Assembly (NCBI RefSeq): GCF_000002075.1
Contig: NW_004797283.1
Span: forward strand, 647,929 to 710,815
From: Aplysia californica
Lineage: Eukaryota
Length of the DNA stretch: 62,887 nucleotides
Reading direction: 5' to 3'
In this document: positions 1-14,357 of the stretch, one piece after another
Layout of the letters: every line of letters begins with the position of its first letter
Position numbering within the stretch: position 1 is the stretch's first letter
Notes under the pieces: generated by a model
Database searches by the model: none
Told to the model about the DNA's origin: nothing
What the model saw: the letters and a program-made list of their open reading frames with translations, nothing else
Position numbers and translations under genes: made by a program

Positions 1-744
1 GAGAGAGAGAGAGAGAGGAGAGTGATAGAAGGGAGAGATTGGTGGATATATATTATTCGGAAGAAAAGGGAAGAAAAAATCCAAAACGTATATTATATGG
101 AAAGCGGAAAGAGTAGTCCCTTTGAGATAAAAACATCGAACAAAACGGAAACTTTTCCCACAAATCCTGAAGTGTTCAAGAAAAAAAATAACCATAATAA
201 TTAGGGTGTGATATAATATGAGGATGAATACTTTTAACATTATGCATATTATTATGCATACATACACAATCCCAGAGAACATATATGGGTAATGGAGGGC
301 CCTTTTCCCGAATTCTAAAAAACATACCTCACTAAACAGAGATGTATTCAGTGAAAGCGCGACAGCGCTGCACCGAGGGCTCCAACTCCAATCGAAAAAA
401 GACGCATTCCACTAATTCCTCCAGTCAGAGAACACCTCAATGTAAAGCAACACATAATGTATTCCGCGATCGTTCGTCGAATGGGTGCACGGGTGGGCTT
501 TAAACGCAACACACATAAACCTGCCACGGGCGCGCTGATCAATGGCTGTGCAGATTCAAATTCAGCGTCCGCGTGGGTGCTGTGCTACTCTGCAGTCTAC
601 AGTCTCCAAAACCGTTTCGGGGGTGTTCAGATTGGCACGTTCATAATTATCGCAGATGCAAAAAATGTCCGAAAATGGAATAAATAAGTAAAAAAAAAAC
701 AAACACAAAAAAGAAAAAAACAAAGAGAAAAAGAAAGAAACAAA

Positions 745-747
745 GAG

Positions 748-802
<55 letters not shown>

Positions 803-803
803 A
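745..803. repeat. (GAAA)n microsatellite
   Basis: Direct reading. Confidence 0.95.
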
Positions 804-3800
804 AATACTTGCATGTCATTTACAGGGTGAGTGAGGTATAAGAACTTAGAAAAGGGCCATTCAAATATAGTAAGGGGAAAAAGTAAGAAACAAAAGAGGG
901 AAAGAAAAGAAAGAGTGCCTATCAGCAGCGCCCTCAAAGCACCAACCCAAACAATCATAGTTCAATAACGCCTAGTGAAGGATTTAAAACTGACTGTTTT
1001 CGAATGATGAACGAAAAATAAAGATGTAAATGTAAACTAGGTACCTCTGAAAAATCGGTATCTTCTAGCTTAGCAAGATACCACCAGTCACTCATGAAGA
1101 AAATTAAAATGATTGCAAGCGGATGAGGATTTGGCAAGTCCATGCACCTAAAATGATTTTTTTTACAATCACCACCTCGTCATACTCGCAAGCACTGCTT
1201 CAGAAACGATCTACATCGTGTCACATGCCAGGGATGAAAAACTCAATTTTACGCACCACAATGGAACTGCACTACTTTATATGCGTTCCCATTTTAGCGC
1301 CCTGATTCCACACTTTAGGTCATCCGGATTCTTCACAGAAACTGCGGCCTTAGGTTAAAAAGTAAGAAATGGAACAAAACAGAATCAATTAAGCACGGTC
1401 CGCAAAACAAAATTTGTACACGCACCTCGTGTGGAAAATTCTTGTTGCGCTTATATGGTCGTCATAACTACTGTTGCACCTCAGATGCAAATACTTTAAA
1501 AGTGCAGATACAAAAACTCCACAAATCAAAACAGCTAAAGAAAGGAAAAGCCTCGGAAAAGTTTTCTTTGCTCGGCGTTCAGGAAGAGTGAAAACCATTA
1601 GACGGGCCAAAAGCAGCACGCTTTATTGATCGCCACATTTCTGCAGATCTGTAAAATCCATTTCCTATAAACACAGTCATATAAATGATTGGCGTCTTAA
1701 ATCCCGAAGGAGCCCAAAGTCAAATCAAAGCGACCACACAAAGCCACCCCGTATAGTGCGGTGCAATTTCCTTTTTCTTTTTTTTTCTTTTTTTTTGGGG
1801 GGGGGGGGGCGCTCTTGTTTCATTCCAACATCCACAAATTGCAGTCTCATTATATAATAAAAGAAAACGTGGCAATAATCAGTAATTAGTCAAAGTAGCA
1901 TCTTCACAGCGACTTCCCATCTAACTTAAGGAAACCCAAACCAGATTGAATAGTAGTGTCAAGCATACCCAAGCCAAACTGAATAGTGTCGAGCATGCTT
2001 TGTCTCGTCTGTCAATATATTCCACCACAAACCCTCCTCCTCAAATAGCCCCCCCCCCCTCCNNNNNNNNNNNNNNNNNNNNNNNNNNNNNNNNNNNNNN
2101 NNNNNNNNNNNNNNNNNNNNNNNNNNNNNNNNNNNNNNNNNNNNNNNNNNNNNNNNNNNNNNNNNNNNNNNNNNNNNNNNNNNNNNNNNNNNNNNNNNNN
2201 NNNNNNNNNNNNNNNNNNNNNNNNNNNNNNNNNNNNNNNNNNNNNNNAAAAACAAAAAACAATAACGGGAAAACCACAAAATACCCTCTCCCCTTTCCCT
2301 CCTCGCAATCACAACTCCTACCCCGAATCTCCACCCAAAATCAGCCCAACGCATAAACAAGGTACAGAATAATATGCTGTACCATGCCGTGCTTGCGCCT
2401 GTAATGCCCCAGGCCTCTCGAACTACCCGAAGCCCTATTTTCTCCCGCAGGTGTTCAAAAAGGGAAAACCTCACAATGGCGGTGACGGGTTCCCATCAGC
2501 AACACTACTCTTTGAATACTCAACATTTTTCTTTTTGACAAATTCCGTTCATGCCTCACAACAATCTCCCTCCCTCCCCCCTCCCTTTAACTCAGCCAAA
2601 CAAATAAAGAAGATGAAGGCAGTCATATTTTCCAAAACTCGCCTTTCTTTCTCTTGGTTTTTTTTTTTTGTACTGAGTTTAAAAACCCTATTGAGCACAG
2701 AAATTAGGGTGGAGCAGATGGTACGGTTGTCAGGGTGACGAACAAGAAAAGATGAAGAAAGGGAGAAGACAGAGATGCAGTGGCGGTTGATGGATCAACA
2801 TGTGGGTGGGGCTCAGAAATGAAGGTAGGTTGAGTTCCAAGTTCACTGGTAAGATTTCCTCAGGTTCAGAGGAAAACCTAGACATGCGCCAGTGTGCATG
2901 TTTGTGTATGTCATGTGTGCATGTGAGTGTGCATATGTGTCACACGCATACACATACTAACATACAAAAGCATGTGAAGTTGCAGAAAGCAATTTATTTC
3001 TGACGAGGGTTCAATAAGCATGTTTGTTATCTGGGTCGCTGAGGGAAAGTGTATTATGAACTGTCGCGGCTTGCAAACTATCTATGAAACCTCTCTACAA
3101 CAGTTTTGACGAGTTCTTTTTATCTTTTACTTTTTTAAAAAGAGGGGTTTCACTAAGAAAGGACTGCGGCCAAGGACTCATCCTTTGATGAGCCCAAAGA
3201 AATAAATTTTGATTGGCTGTTAGGTTACTAGAGTTGTAATCGGTGGCAACAGTAATTGATTGATTAAACGAGCCAGTGCGTGTGTTCACTTGGTCAACTC
3301 GAGACGAGAGATTCCAAAGCAATCATAACGGTTTCAATTGATGTTTTCGTTAATTAAGCAACATTCATTTACACCGAGAAAGCGTTGGAGAAGGGATGGG
3401 GGAGATGTGACCGAAGTCTTTTAGTTTTAGCCCTTCGCTGCGCCCCGCCACTGGAGTGACGGCACAATAAAGGCAATCTTTTAAGAGTACACTATATCTC
3501 TCCCTCTTGGTGAGCAATAGGTGCCCCCCCCCCATTTCAATACACAAACGGGTTTTTTTTTCCATACAAAAAAAAAATGACACACAGCGCTATACCACAA
3601 CTTATACCACTTATTCGGGTCGGGGAAGAGAGTCCCCCTCTCCCGTTTCTCTCTGACACTTTACGGTGTGGATTTTTTAAAACAGCTACTCAACACACTA
3701 CAGCCGTCATGTCAAAAGAGATAAACCGAGTACAAAGCGTAATAACGAAGACGATTCTTGTGTTATTCAAATGAAGGAATTCGAACGGTCTACTCTGGTT

Positions 3801-5378
3801 TCTCCACATGTGCGTCTGAGTAACTGAAGCTATATATTTTCAGATCAAGTACTTACACTACACGTCTCCGTGCCTCATAAAAACCTTAAGAATGTAATCT
3901 ATCCTTACTCACCTCCCACCCCTTCTTTTTTTTTTCTCACAAAAACCATTAACAGGTAATATACGACTGGTTTGAAGAGGTAAGGGCTTCAAGTACTTGA
4001 CTGTCGAATAGAAATGATAGACCAACGTAAAAACTGATCTTAGTGTTCAGAAGAATAAGGGGTCATTGAATACCAAATAAAAACCTGCATTAAATTATAG
4101 AAACAGAATATGATATGTCGTCACTTTGGAAGGAGCAAAAAGGAAGGGGAGAGGGGGGGGGGGGGGGNNNNNNNNNNNNNNNNNNNNNNNNNNNNNNNNN
4201 NNNNNNNNNNNNNNNNNNNNNNNNNNNNNNNNNNNNNNNNNNNNNNNNNNNNNNNNNNNNNNNNNNNCCAAATAAAAACCTGCATTAAATTATAGAAACA
4301 GAATATGATATGTCGTCACTTTGGAAGGAGCAAAAAGGAAGGGGAGAGGGGGGGGGGGGGGGGAAGAAAGAAAGAAAACAAAAGCATAAAATGAGGGGGA
4401 GGGAGGGGCAAAAGGGGGGGGGGGGGGGGGGGGGGGGGATACATTAGCGCTAATCAATCCAAATGTGCGGCACATTGTATAGGCATACGTTAGACCCACA
4501 GAAGTATTCTTAGTTTAAGTTCTGGAAAGAAATTTATGGCACTTAGAACACCAATGTGCCATGCAAGTGCTGAAAAATTAGAGGTATCGCTAGAGAGTAA
4601 CATACAAATAAAAGGAGAGATAACGACGATAAATGTTTGCTAGGAAAGAAGGAGCAGACCACACCAGAGCACCCGCAAACCACCCACTCACAGACGTGGT
4701 CAAATAGATACGTCAGAGCACACAGACAGAATAAGAAAAACAAACGGTCCCCGCATAAGCTTAGACAAAAATGTGAACAAAGCAATACAAACAGTGAGGA
4801 CACATGGGGGCGTCCACACTCAAAGAGGGGAATATCACCATGTCTACAATTCCCTTCTTTATCTTCAGGCGTGTTTAAAAGGCGCGGGGGTCGTCTTTTG
4901 TTTGGTTCTGATTTAATCCACCGCTGGATTTACGTCTCTTTACGCGGAGACAAGGAGGGGAGGTATCCAGGACAATAGGGCGTTGGGCAAAGTTACGCCT
5001 GACACCCATGCCATGCCTTGCGGCCCGGGTCGGCTTTTTGCTGCCTGCATGACATTAAGTAGGAAATAAACGCCCTCACAACCCACAGCCCCCGGTGCTC
5101 TTGCTCCGTAGGGCTGAGGTGAACGTCAAGCCACAGGATAAAGGAGATACAAAACTAGGAAAGAGAAAACTTTTATACTCCGCGATGGTATTACATAGCC
5201 GTGGGTCGTTTGTTGCTGGGCAATGACACGTGGAACCTCCACGAGACTCGAGAGACGGAGGTCACTTCCCCATTGCCAAAACAGTTTCAGAGCTCACAAA
5301 GCAATTCAATTTGTTTTTATGTTCTAGAGATCTCTTTATCGGCGGCAGATTTGCTTGCGTGGTGAAGTGCCAAATTTT

Positions 5379-5539
5379 ACACACACGCAAACACACACAC
5401 ACACACACGCAAACACACACACACACGCAAACACACACANNNNNNNNNNNNNNNNNNNNNNNNNNNNNNNNNNNNNNNNNNNNNNNNNNNNNNNNNNNNN
5501 NNNNNNNNNNNNNNNNNNNNNNNNNNNNNNNNNNNNNNN

Positions 5540-5578
<39 letters not shown>
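5379..5578. repeat. (CA)n microsatellite spanning a gap
   Basis: Direct reading. Confidence 0.9.
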
Positions 5579-5581
<3 letters not shown>

Positions 5582-8343
5582 CGGCCACAGTTAGAAAAGA
5601 ATCGGAGAGATACTATTAATAGTTATCACGTCGGTGACAAGAATTTTGTTCTGTATTTTGTTTCTTTACCCACATTTAGAGTTTTTCAACCACAACTTCA
5701 TCACAAGCTCCACATCATATCTAACAGAAAACCGTACTTGCATTAAAAATGTAAATGAATTTCAAGTTTACTATGATGCAGGTTTCTGTGGTGATTCTTG
5801 ACAAGCTAACCCGACATGTTCACAAAGAAAAGCCCGTTCATTTTGACAGTACCCGTTACTAGAATAGTTACAGCCCTTCCCAGAAACACATCTTTTAACT
5901 GAATATTGTGAACTTTGTAAGTTGTGTGTGTGGCGTATGGGGCGGGGGCACGTCAACATTGTCATTTACGGAAACGACAAGATTAGATAATGATCACACG
6001 ACTGGTCAATTAACGGGTCGTCCAGCTCTCAATAGAAAAATGTTATCAGATGAGTGTGACCAGGCCTGGGCTAAGCCACGAGATGTTATCAGCCACTCTA
6101 CCTTTCGTGGATACAGTAGGGGGAAAATATTCATCTAGTTACCAGTCCATGAACGACTGAACCCCCCCCCCCCTCGCGCCTACCAAAGTAGAGATACACC
6201 CATAAACCTGAATGCTTCTTTATGGGGAGGGTGGGGGCGGCAGTGGATTGGCAATATTGGACTCAAATCCAATTATTAGAATTGTGCATCACAACAGTTC
6301 AATGGAATGATGACCTCTGTGATTTAAAAACTGACATCGATTAACCAACACAGAGACTAGTTTGCCACCCATTATACACATGTACGGTCAAACGGCCGAT
6401 GAAATGGGGCTCGATGAAAAAGCAGTGTTCCTTCTTGACGCACAGATGCGACTTGGAGGTGGACTTTGTTGAAATGAGCACATCCAACGATAAGCCAGTT
6501 TCAGGTACACACCGGACGCATAATATAAACATTCGTCGTGTGGCCCTGGTCAATTTGTACAAGGTAAAGACCCATGAAGGAGGGGCGGGTCCCGGAAAGG
6601 CATCGCTGACAAAAAAGTGACAACAGGACTATGACAACAACCACATCGCACAACGTCGACGTCTATGGGCCAATACAAACGTTCTCTTACAGATACAAGG
6701 TTTATTCTTACCTCCCATAGAACTCATATAAGATCCTTAGTCGGCCTAGGGTATGGGGCAGAGTGTTAGTCTGCTGTCGTGTACTAGGTAAACTCCCTCG
6801 TCGACAACTTAGGTATCTGTTAGTTAGAAAGTCATTGGTAAGACGAGCCAAAAAAGTCCACTTCCCATATATACAACATTTCTGCCTTTCTGTTGATCAT
6901 ATTTGACAGTAGATCTCAGTGCAAGGAAACCGCTTTCGCACCTTGCAACTTGACGTACGCCCCCCCNNNNNNNNNNNNNNNNNNNNNNNNNNNNNNNNNN
7001 NNNNNNNNNNNNNNNNNNNNNNNNNNNNNNNNNNNNNNNNNNNNNNNNNNNNNNNNNNNNNNNNNNCCCCCCCCCCCCCCCCCCACCCCATCTTTTTCAT
7101 CAGTCGTCTTATAACATTCGTTTTCCCACGTTTGACACCTTACAAAACTTCTAGGGACTAAGTTTGTGAAATGTTTGTCACAGCAATGACGTTGTGAAGC
7201 AGTCAGACAATCACCAAGAAAGCTGAGGTTCGAATACAAAGTGGGCCCATAGTGTATACCACAGTACCACTTGGCTGTCTTTATTTATTTTTCTTAGCTA
7301 GTGTCCCAACCCAACCCAATGTCGCACGATCGTCTGTACTCCATACCCACATTCTTACAGTCCACGCATGATTTTCATACCCCCCCCCCCCTCTTCCCCT
7401 TGTGTTTGCTGTTAGCCAAGTAGGATCATGCTGAGCTACTGTGCGGTGCGACCCTGATTCAAATCTGTACCAGGGCATTTTTTTTAGCACAGGATGTTTG
7501 GGGTGGGTCCGTGGCCCTTCACTTGCATGTCTCGATTCTATCGTAGATGGACGATAAAATAAGCGGTCCCGCCTATTTAAACGACCGCACCATGTTCAAA
7601 AAGATTAAAACCCAATACCTGTGCCCGAGGAATTTTTACAGTCGCTTTTTAGGGCAAGGAAATACCACATTCATAATTTTCTTGGCTAATTCACAGTGAA
7701 AATAGGTAAAACAGACCAAAGAAAAACAAATCAAAAGAAGAAAAAAGAAAAATACTTTTCGGCAGACATTGAACTGGGCATGGAGAAAAAACAACAACCC
7801 AGGCTTTAATTCAGATATCTGGCTCGAGCGTCGATGCCTGTCTTACTTAAAGATGACAAATCCCCCCCCCCCTCCCCACAACCCACCCTCCCTCCGAAAT
7901 CCCCTTTTGCTTACAACCAATTTGGTCTGGCATAATTTCGTTCTCCACGCATACACGAGGCCCAACAGTGGCGTCCAGTCCACACGTCCACTCGACACAG
8001 GCAACTGCTGGACTCATTGTGCCCGGGAGCGGCGGACAAAGCAGGCTGTTCCTGGAGTATAAATATTGTGGGCGGCAATGTCAACATCCTCGGGACTTCT
8101 AACACGGGCATGCGCTGATCGCATTCCAGAATGCTTGCCCAAAGATTTACCAACTGCATGAGATCGGTTGTGGACGACGAGATGGCCGTTTCTCACAAGG
8201 CGGAGGATGAAAGGGGAAAAGGGGGGGGCATTGTCATGACAGGTACGATCCGACGACGGGGAGAACAGAGAACTAATAGCAGTCTTGAAGAAATAATACG
8301 TATCAGTTAATTGTTCGGCGCTTCTTTCTTTTAGACCATTACA

Positions 8344-8485
8344 CTGTCAGGGCCAACCTGGGCTGAGAGGGACACACACAACATTACAGCAGAAACACAG
8401 ATACTCTATAAATATTTTCTCGCCACTCAGGAATCGAACTCGGGTCTACTGCGTGCGACAGCGAAGCATCTAATTGCTATACTTC
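8344..8485 (-). mobile_element. SINE copy (family of 9030-9186)
   Basis: CTGTCAGGGCCAAC..GGGCT.AGAGGGA ... GGAATCGAACTCG ... CTGCGTGCGACAGC. Confidence 0.7.
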
Positions 8486-8543
8486 AGACACCATGTAAAA
8501 AAGAATTAACAACAGCCTCGGTGCAATAACACACACGTATCTA

Positions 8544-8545
<2 letters not shown>

Positions 8546-8592
<47 letters not shown>
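8546..8592. repeat. (ATT)n microsatellite
   Basis: Direct reading. Confidence 0.95.
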
Positions 8593-9029
8593 CGTTAGGC
8601 GCTTCATTCCTTCATAAACCATTACAATGTTTGTTTGGGTAAAAGGAAGCTCATCGACAAGACAATGGTCATTTAGTGCTGGGAAAAAAGTAAGACAGAC
8701 AAAAAAACAACAGAGGTAAAGTAAGCGCGCCCTCCAACCACCCAAAGACCATTGTAAAAAGAAATCCTTGGCGGAACAAACCTGTAGCATATACAGAGAC
8801 TCGACATACACATCTGTGGTTACATTCGGAACATAATGCCTTTGCGATAAGGTTAGCACAATCTTATCAGCCAGACAGAGGATATCGCCCTCTACATCGA
8901 GTAAACAGAAATATGCGTAACTTTAAATTTCAGTATGCCATGGGTTCAACGTCCCCTTAAAAAGTGTGAACTTAATGTAGGTATTTACCCCCCCCCCCCC
9001 CCCAGGACATAATTTTAGATAATTTAGGA

Positions 9030-9186
9030 GGCGGGCTTCCTACCCAGCCTGTCAGGGCCAACCAGGGCTAAGAGGGATACATCACAGTAGACCGATACTC
9101 GATAAAATTTTTCTCCCAGCTCGGGAATCGAACTCGTGTCTCCTGCGTGCGACAGCAAAGTGTCTAACCGCTGCACCACAGACGCC
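9030..9186 (-). mobile_element. Short SINE with a tRNA(Asp)-like head
   Basis: Minus strand GGCGTCTGTGGTGCAGCGGTTAG...GAGTTCGATTCCCGAG followed by a body ending GGTTGGCCCTGACAG; related copies at 8344, 40440 and 53139. Confidence 0.75.
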
Positions 9187-11165
9187 GGTAGTGGCGCGGC
9201 AAACGAGCTATCAGTGACGTATAAATAACTTGTACCCAAGTTCCGCCATTGTCCAGAAACTCTAAGAAATGTCAGATGTAAAATCTCTACTTGCTGACAG
9301 CAGGGTACGTAATACTGTGTTTAAAGACGTATCAGGCAAACGTGTCCGACAGCAGACCAAAGACGACGTTTTGGCACGTTTCAAAGTATGTTACACAAAT
9401 CAGAACCACGAAATTGCATATTTCATGGTACGCCTTTAATTGCAGGTTGCCTTTCCGGGTTAAAGATATAGAGAAAAGGATTAAAAAATCTGAATGATTA
9501 AAGACGTTTTGCCACTTCTTAAAAGTAAAATGTATTCCAAAGCAGTGCGTTCTCAATAAGTTAGCCCTTTCTTTGAGGACCTCACGGACACGTAAATTGT
9601 CCGATCAGCAGATCAAAGGTCATGTTGTGGCACATTTCGAACCAACGTACAAAGATAAGACACACGAAGTTTCATACATTTCATCGTATGTATGTTGCAG
9701 ACTGCCTTTAAAGTTTCAGGTAAATAAAAACTCGAACTTTAAAAGTTAAAAATAGACAGGAATAACCAAGTTTTGCTTCTTTTTAAAAAAAGTGCGCATA
9801 GAAGCGTTGTTGGAAGACCAGAATGCGAATCCTAAATGAGTTAACTCTACCAACGTCGCTTTGGTAGTAAAAGAACGGTCATCTTCTTCGACCACAACAA
9901 GCACAATGCACAGTGGAGGTGGAGAGCTATTCTCGTCTGCAAGCACGCCAGTCACGTTGGGCAAAACAAGCAAGATCCCCTCAAAAGCCAACAGGGGGCA
10001 CGGCACATAAAGCAGCTCGTTTGCCGAGAAGTTTGCGGGGGACTGGAATGGACTCACGCCGAGACCCGATAGGAACGCCCACGCCGTCAGCTCAGTCCTG
10101 AGTGGAAGCAACGTTCCCACCAAGTTTTTGTTTTCTTTAGAGTTTTAGTAACAGTTTTACGGCACTTGCAAAACAATTAGGTCATATAAGAGTCGAAGAT
10201 TAAAGATGTTACAAGAAAATAAGGAGAGACAAGGGCGACAGATGTTTGAAATGAAAGAGGGAGCAAATTTCACTAGAGCGCCGGCCTACCACCCACGTCC
10301 AATCAGGTCTCCCAGTTGGAGATTCTACTACAAGCATGAACACCCCCCCTCCCTTTTTCTCTTTACACATACTAAAAAACAAACATGTACAAGCATATAT
10401 ATGTATCCAAACCAACAATCACAAAGGTAGCAAAGAGATGGGCCAGGACCTGATCTAAGAAAGCCCAGGTCTTTGGTCTTAAATAGCAGAAGGCGGACTA
10501 GTACAACCACGGAAAGGCAGATTTTTATTTTAAAAAATTTGCAGAGGTTTTACGGCGCTCGCAACTGCATACGGTCATATGAGCGCCAAGGGGTGGATGT
10601 CAACAGAAAAGCCCTCACATGGAATCAGGCTTACTCTGCTCACCTCTAAAGCTTCATCAGCACAAAGTCTGCTTCGACTATTAAGGCACCCCGGAAATTA
10701 CAATTCTACTGAGCATAAGAACATGGTTACCCCCCCACCCCCTTTTGGGAATGGCCCAACAAAGACACTTCAGTCAGTAGCACCGCCTCGGAAAGGCAGA
10801 GAAAAGCAGTGAGGCTAAATTTAACATTTAATCATACTTTATTGAAATGGACTACTTAAACGCTCCGTCTCCCCAATCCCAACTTGGGTGCAGAGTACGG
10901 AGAACGAAAAAAATCGAAGCTCTCAATAGACAGAATCATCTAATAATCCCCACACTACACAGCCAACCAGAGCCAATTAGCCCCCTCTACGTAGATGACA
11001 GAGCCTCTAGTCAGAAACATCTGCCCCTTTGGCTTGCTAAGTGACCTATTACTAATCAAATAATTGGCTAATTTGTTCCTAATCCTACCCACGCTAATTA
11101 TAGAAAATGCAGCACAGCTAACCACAAAGCCTACGGACCCTTCCTTTCGGTGGCATATTATGTGG

Positions 11166-11167
<2 letters not shown>

Positions 11168-11227
<60 letters not shown>
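11168..11227. repeat. (GT)n microsatellite
   Basis: Direct reading. Confidence 0.95.
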
Positions 11228-11229
<2 letters not shown>

Positions 11230-12339
11230 TGAGTGCGCGTTCGTATTTCAGTTTGGGTTTAATGCTCTATTTAACTGGATATAAAGAGTTAAAGGGGTTC
11301 CAAATGCCATGCACTTGGCCTCGTTGAAAGAGAAAAAGATCATATATATGAGCGCCAAGGGGTGGACGTCAACAGAGAAGTCCAAACGGTGAATCAGGCT
11401 TACTCTGCTCACCTCTCTAGCGTCAACAGCACAAAGTCTGCTTCAACTATCAAGGCACCCCGGGAATAGCAGTTCGCAAGAGAGTGACAAACAAGCAAAA
11501 GAAATAGAGAAAAAAAAGACAAACGTAAGGATGTGGAAACAAACAACAGCAGTTCCGGCACAGTATGAGTATGACATCGATAAATCAGCCCAATAACAAT
11601 TCTACTGCGCATAAGAACGTGTTAATATCCCCTCTTTGGAATGGACTAAAGACAACTTCAGTCAGTAGCACTGCCCTGGTTTGGGGGGGGGGNNNNNNNN
11701 NNNNNNNNNNNNNNNNNNNNNNNNNNNNNNNNNNNNNNNNNNNNNNNNNNNNNNNNNNNNNNNNNNNNNNNNNNNNNNNNNNNNNNNNNNNNGGGGGGGA
11801 GGGCAGTAGTCTACTGATTGGTTTCCTCATTATCTATAAAATGTACAGTCTATGGATGATCTACCATTTAATGACATGGTTTCATCACTTAACAGCCACA
11901 ATTTTCCAGGAACAGATTGAAACACTGGATGCACTCAAAAGAATAACAGACCATCTGTTCACGAAAGTGCACACCTGAACAGGAAGACAATCAACAGAAT
12001 GTTGAAGGAAAAAGATACAAGAGAAGACAAAGAACACACTGGTCAAAAGTTCAAGTGGGCAAAGAGAAACAGGATTTTAAAAAACGTCCCCCCCTAAAAA
12101 AACCCCAACCAAACCAGGCGCAGGATGCGGAGGAGAAAAAGAGGAGCAACTAAAAGGGTATAAGAAAACAAGGGCCCTGATTTTTTTTACAAACAAAGAA
12201 GAGAAAAGCAAAATTTGGTATATGAGAGTAAAGAAACAAACAGGTATAATAATAGTTCGTCCATCAAGGATTGATGATGATCTTATAACATCCAAGGATA
12301 AAGAGGAGTTACAGACCTTGCTAGCTACCACAGACAGGT

Positions 12340-12915
12340 AAAATGTTCCACTGAGCTGGCTATCATGTACTTTGATGATTGGGGAAGTGATGTTTGTTGT
12401 GCTTTTGAGCAGGTTGGTGGAGGATTTCAGTTTTGTAATGATGGTGAGCCAAAAATTGTCACATGCCCCGGAGAAAGAATCCATACATTCTTTTGCATGC
12501 TGGTCTCATCAAGTGACAACTGGGCACAGTCATCAACAAACATGAGGTCACATACCAGAACCGTTTCAGCCTTTTCAGTCTTAAACTTTGACAGGAATCG
12601 TGCACCACGCACATAAGTTCTGGACCTAATGATCCCGCCTGAAGGAAGAGACCTGAAGTGAAAGCCTCCGGCAACAATACAAAGAAAATGATGCTGAAAA
12701 AAGTTGGAGCCAGTGTGCAGCCTTGCACCACACCAGTAGTGAGAAGGAAAGGCTCCAATATTTTTCCATGGCTCTTGACCCAGGCCTGCAAGGCTATCAT
12801 GGAACTGTCTCACCAAGTTGAAGATCTTAGGTGGGCATCTGAATCTCTCTATAACTTTCTACAGGTCTCAATGGCAGAGATGGTGTTAAATGCCTTTGTG
12901 AGGTCAAAGAAACAA
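12340..12915 (-). mobile_element. Degenerate RTE/BovB-like reverse transcriptase fragment
   Basis: FDLTKAFNTIS, VRQFHD, GVVQGCTLAPTFF, DLMFVDDCA and MDSFSGACDNF spread across frameshifts. Confidence 0.85.
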
Positions 12916-13744
12916 ACAGTCGAAAATGCTGAGACTACTTTTAGACATGTAGTGTAACATCAAGAGTAAAAGATCACTGGTACAGTAAATCAGAGGCCTT
13001 TGCAAGCTACAAAAAAATCAAACCATGCATTTTTACACGCATTTATAGCACAAAATAACTGTGAACTGTAACGAATTAATGATCAGAGTACAGGTGCAGG
13101 TAACGTGATCATGCATTTTGAATCCACACACTTTTTGCAATAACATATATACAATTATCAACACGTGGTCTGTGTAAGCAAGAAACAAGAGCCACAAATT
13201 TTGTAAACAAACATGGCTCACATGACTCCCATTCATGAGTGTAAACTAATAATTCAGACTCTCAACAAATAAGTTTCTGTGGGGACCTAAAACATTAAAC
13301 ATAACATAGAATCTATATGAAAACACACGCAAGATTCTAAGGGTAAAATCATGTAAGATAATCATCATATAGAATATAGAACTATTGGAAAACATTGATG
13401 TCTTCTTGTTTGAGGCTCGTACTCAAATGTGAAATCCAAAGACAACTTGAGCAACAAGGTGAAAGTGCCCAGAGTTGGAAATAATGAGCTGAATCTCAGC
13501 TACATACAGGACTCATCTTGCAGTAAACAATCAGAACTCAGCCCCTTCTCGTGAATCTAAAAATTCAACCCCAGAACCATTTCTCAGCATATATATAGAA
13601 TAGGACGAGATTTATAAAAAAATAAACCAGGACCAGACTGTGAAAATGTCAAGACTCAATGAAGAGCGCCTTCTTACAAGGCAGAAAAATAAAGATAGAA
13701 GGTTCTAAGCCTATCATTAAGTCAGACTAGTGACCAGAGCTCTG

Positions 13745-13810
13745 TGTTTCTTAACTTGGGTTTGATTGAACCCCAGGGGTTTAGCGAGTCATTCTTAAGG
13801 GTTTGGCAGC
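13745..13810 (+). mobile_element. hAT/Charlie-like terminal fragment
   Basis: GTGTTTCTTAACTTGGGTTTGATTGAACCCCAGGGGTTT..GAGTCA resembles recalled hAT termini. Confidence 0.4.
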
Positions 13811-14357
13811 AATCTTCACATTCTGTCATTGCATTCACTTCGCAATTTAATAAGAGAATGAAATTAGGGGTACCCTGCTCTGTGTCATAGTATAGGACGT
13901 AGGACGAGGGTGCGTAACTTGACTGATCATAAAATTCTCAGTTATGATGACACAGAGCCTTACTATTTACTAATGACTACAAGCCATGGTAAGATACAGA
14001 AAAAGTAACTTCAGTAAGATCTAACTTCCAAGCTCTGCCTAAAGATATTATAGATATTGATTGACAGTAATGAGTCTTTGTAGAATCTGGATTTGAAGAT
14101 CAAGTAGGGACAACAACGTGGTTGATCGTAGAACTACAAATACAACAATAAGTTTGAATAGACAGACCTGGAATTATCCTGGAACAGGAATCCATCACAG
14201 TCACAGGGTTATTAATTATAATGAAACATTTTAGAGAGTCTGATGTAGGCTGTGCATATATAGAATCAAGATCATGCCATGGTTGGAACGACTTCCATGA
14301 TAATAAGTGACCATCCCAACAAACACAAGAAAGAAGTGACCAAGAACCCTAACCTAA

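Noticed and set aside
4073-4362. Exact ~95-bp direct repeat
   Set aside because: The copies sit on either side of a 100-N gap next to poly-G runs; most likely an unmerged contig overlap.
9112-9186. tRNA-Asp gene
   Set aside because: A/B boxes are present, but the acceptor and anticodon stems pair poorly and the head continues into a body shared with three other copies, so it is a SINE head.
9746-10123. 125-aa minus-strand ORF in a GC-richer patch
   Set aside because: No recognisable domain, no ATG start and no convincing splice sites.
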